From Scyliorhinus canicula (lineage: Eukaryota): a stretch of 64,000 nt of DNA. Shown here piece after piece: positions 61,852 through 64,000 of the stretch; the stretch's first letter is position 1, and each line of letters opens with the position of its first letter. The notes beneath the pieces were generated by a model. That model was not told the origin of the DNA. It searched no databases and worked only from the letters and a program-made list of their open reading frames with translations. A program made the position numbers and the translations under genes. The stretch is taken from positions 62,001-126,000 of the forward strand of contig NW_024055482.1 of the NCBI RefSeq assembly GCF_902713615.1, given 5' to 3'.

Positions 61852-63347
61852 AGAACATAGAACATAGAACGATACAGCGCAGTACAGGCCCTTCGGCCCT
61901 CGATGTTGCACCGACATGGAAAAAATCTAAAGGCCATCTAACCTACACTATGCCCTTATCATCCATATGCTTATCCAATAAATTTTTAAATGCCCTCAAT
62001 GTTGGCGAGTTCACTACTGTTGCAGGTAGGGCATTCCACGGCCTCACCACTCTTTGCGTAAAAAAACCACCTCTGACCTCTGTCCTATATCTATTACCCC
62101 TCAATTTAAGGCTATGTCCCCTCGTGCTAGCCACCTCCATCCGCGGGAGAAGGCTCTCGCTGTCCACCCTATCTAACCCTCTGATCATTTTGTATGCCTC
62201 TATTAAGTCACCTCTTAACCTTCTTCTCTCTAATGAAAACAACCTCAAGTCCATCAGCCTTTCCTCATAAGATTTTCCCTCCATACCAGGCAACATCCTG
62301 GTAAATCTCCTCTGCACCCGTTCCAAAGCTTCCACGTCCTTCCTATAATGAGGTGACCAGAACTGTACGCAATACTCCAAATGCGGCCGTACTAGAGTTT
62401 TGTACAACTGCAACATGACCTCATGGCTCCGGAACTCAATCCCTCTACCAATAAAGGCCAACACACCATAGGCCTTCTTCACAACCCTATCAACCTGGGT
62501 GGCAACTTTCAGGGATCTATGTACATGGACACCGAGATCCCTCTGCTCATCCACACTACCAAGAATTTTACCATTAGCCAAATATTCCGCATTTCTGTTA
62601 TTCTTTCCAAAGTGAATCACCTCACACTTCTCCACATTAAACTCCATTTGCCACCTCTCAGCCCAGCTCTGCAGCTTATCTATGTCCCTCTGTAACCTGC
62701 AACATCCTTCCGCACTGTCTACAACTCCACCGACTTTAGTGTCGTCTGCAAATTTACTCACCCAACCTTCTGCGCCCTCCTCTAGGTCATTTATAAAAAT
62801 GACAAACAGCAACGGCCCCAGAACAGATCCTTGTGGTACGCCACTCGTAACTGAACTCCATTCTGAACATTTCCCATCAACTACCACTCTCTGTCTTCTT
62901 TCAACTAGCCAATTTCTGATCCACATCTCTAAATCACCCTCAATCCCCAGCCTCCGTATTTTCTGCAATGGACGACCGTGGGGAACCTTATCAAATGCTT
63001 TACTGAAATCCATATACACCACATCAACTGCTCTACCCTCGTCTACCTGTTCAGTCACCTTCTCAAAGAACTCGATAAGGTTTGTGAGGCATGACCTACC
63101 CTTCACAAAACCATGCTGACTGTCCCTAATCATATTATTCCTATCTAGATGATTATAAATTGTATCTTTTATAATCCTCTCCAAGACTTTACCCACCACA
63201 GACGTTAGGCTCACCGGCCTATAGTTACCGGGGTTATCTCTACTCCCCTTCTTGAACAAAGGGACCACATTTGCTATCCTCCAGTCCTCTGGCACTATTC
63301 CTGTAGCCAATGATGACCTAAAAATCAAAGCCAAAGGCTCAGCAATC
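61852..63347 (-). mobile_element. 5'-truncated young CR1/HER1-type LINE inserted in sense orientation into a ZNF exon
   Basis: Uninterrupted RT region, 3' tail shared with the HE1 SINE (ATCGAGGGCCGAAGGGCCTGTACTG...TTCTATG), AAAT duplicated at 61848-61851 and 63348-63351. Confidence 0.95.
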
Positions 63348-63649
63348 AAATGACTGAATCCCTTCCCACACTGGGAGCAGGTGAACACCCTCTCCCCAGT
63401 GTGAACTCGCTGATGCTTCCACAGGCCGGATGAATCACTGAATCCCTTCCCACACTGAGAGCAGGTGAATGGCCTCTCCCCAGTGTGAACTCGCTGGTGT
63501 GTCTGCAGGCTGGATAACTGAGTGAATCCCTTCCCACACCCAGAGCAGGTGAACGGCCTCTCCCCAGTGTGACTGCGTACATGAATCTCCACCTGAGATG
63601 GGGCTTGGAATCCCTTCCCACAGTCCTCACATTTCCACGGTTTCTCCAT
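61943..63649 (-). CDS. Chimeric ORF, 568 aa: 3 complete C2H2 fingers fused in frame to CR1 reverse transcriptase
   Basis: MEKPWKC...CGKGFSHL|IAEPLALIF...DFSKAFD...[10 protein letters not shown]...FADD...DKGIV*; no stop or frameshift. Expression unknown. Confidence 0.7.
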   Translation of the reverse strand: MEKPWKCEDCGKGFQAPSQVEIHVRSHTGERPFTCSGCGKGFTQLSSLQTHQRVHTGERPFTCSQCGKGFSDSSGLWKHQRVHTGERVFTCSQCGKGFSHLIAEPLALIFRSSLATGIVPEDWRIANVVPLFKKGSRDNPGNYRPVSLTSVVGKVLERIIKDTIYNHLDRNNMIRDSQHGFVKGRSCLTNLIEFFEKVTEQVDEGRAVDVVYMDFSKAFDKVPHGRPLQKIRRLGIEGDLEMWIRNWLVERRQRVVVDGKCSEWSSVTSGVPQGSVLGPLLFVIFINDLEEGAEGWVSKFADDTKVGGVVDSAEGCCRLQRDIDKLQSWAERWQMEFNVEKCEVIHFGKNNRNAEYLANGKILGSVDEQRDLGVHVHRSLKVATQVDRVVKKAYGVLAFIGRGIEFRSHEVMLQLYKTLVRPHLEYCVQFWSPHYRKDVEALERVQRRFTRMLPGMEGKSYEERLMDLRLFSLERRRLRGDLIEAYKMIRGLDRVDSESLLPRMEVASTRGHSLKLRGNRYRTEVRGGFFTQRVVRPWNALPATVVNSPTLRAFKNLLDKHMDDKGIV

Positions 63650-64000
63650 GTTTTGGGTCTCCTCGTCTCTCTCCAGGCCGGATGATCAGTTGAAGCCTCA
63701 TCCACACACACAACACGGGTACAGTCTTTACACGCTGTGAATAGTGTGATGTTTTTTCAGGCTGTGTAACTGGTTAAAGCTCTTTCCACAGTCAGTTCAC
63801 TGGAACACTCTCACTTGGGTGTGTGTTGTGTGGGTCTCGGTGCTTTTCCAGTCACACTGATGTTTGAAATCTTTAGCTGACAGTTCCGGTAAACATTTCA
63901 CCTTCTTGATTCAAAGGCCGATGATATTCAGGTTCTAAGGAATTGAGTGACTATCAGATCGAGACGTGACTTTTGAGATTTCTGTCTGTAATTCCTCCTT

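Overview
Eukaryotic, repeat-rich DNA from a cartilaginous fish (shark-type HE1 V-SINEs, CR1/HER1, L1 and L2 LINEs; species not determinable from sequence). The first 5.2 kb hold an antigen-receptor cassette on the + strand: 12RSS-D-12RSS (52-121), 23RSS-J (434-514), a 3.8 kb intron and a leaderless V exon (4341-4646) with a CDR1 cysteine. This is the layout of a shark NAR-TCR cassette (NAR-type D-J spliced to a supporting TCR-delta V). The V is followed by nine tandem 23-bp-spacer RSSs (4647-5169) instead of one. It lacks both canonical Ig cysteines and is bracketed by ~350 bp inverted repeats. Further along are an intact two-exon GPR139/142-like 7TM receptor (9094-11665), an apparently orphan Ig heavy-chain TM1/TM2 exon pair (- strand, 18225-18491), 66-bp and 52-bp minisatellites, a near full-length decayed L1 (30066-35552) and four C2H2 zinc-finger genes. 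In the last ZNF gene a sense CR1 insertion creates an uninterrupted 568-aa zinc-finger/reverse-transcriptase fusion ORF. All alignments were done by eye, and repeat boundaries are approximate unless a TSD is quoted.
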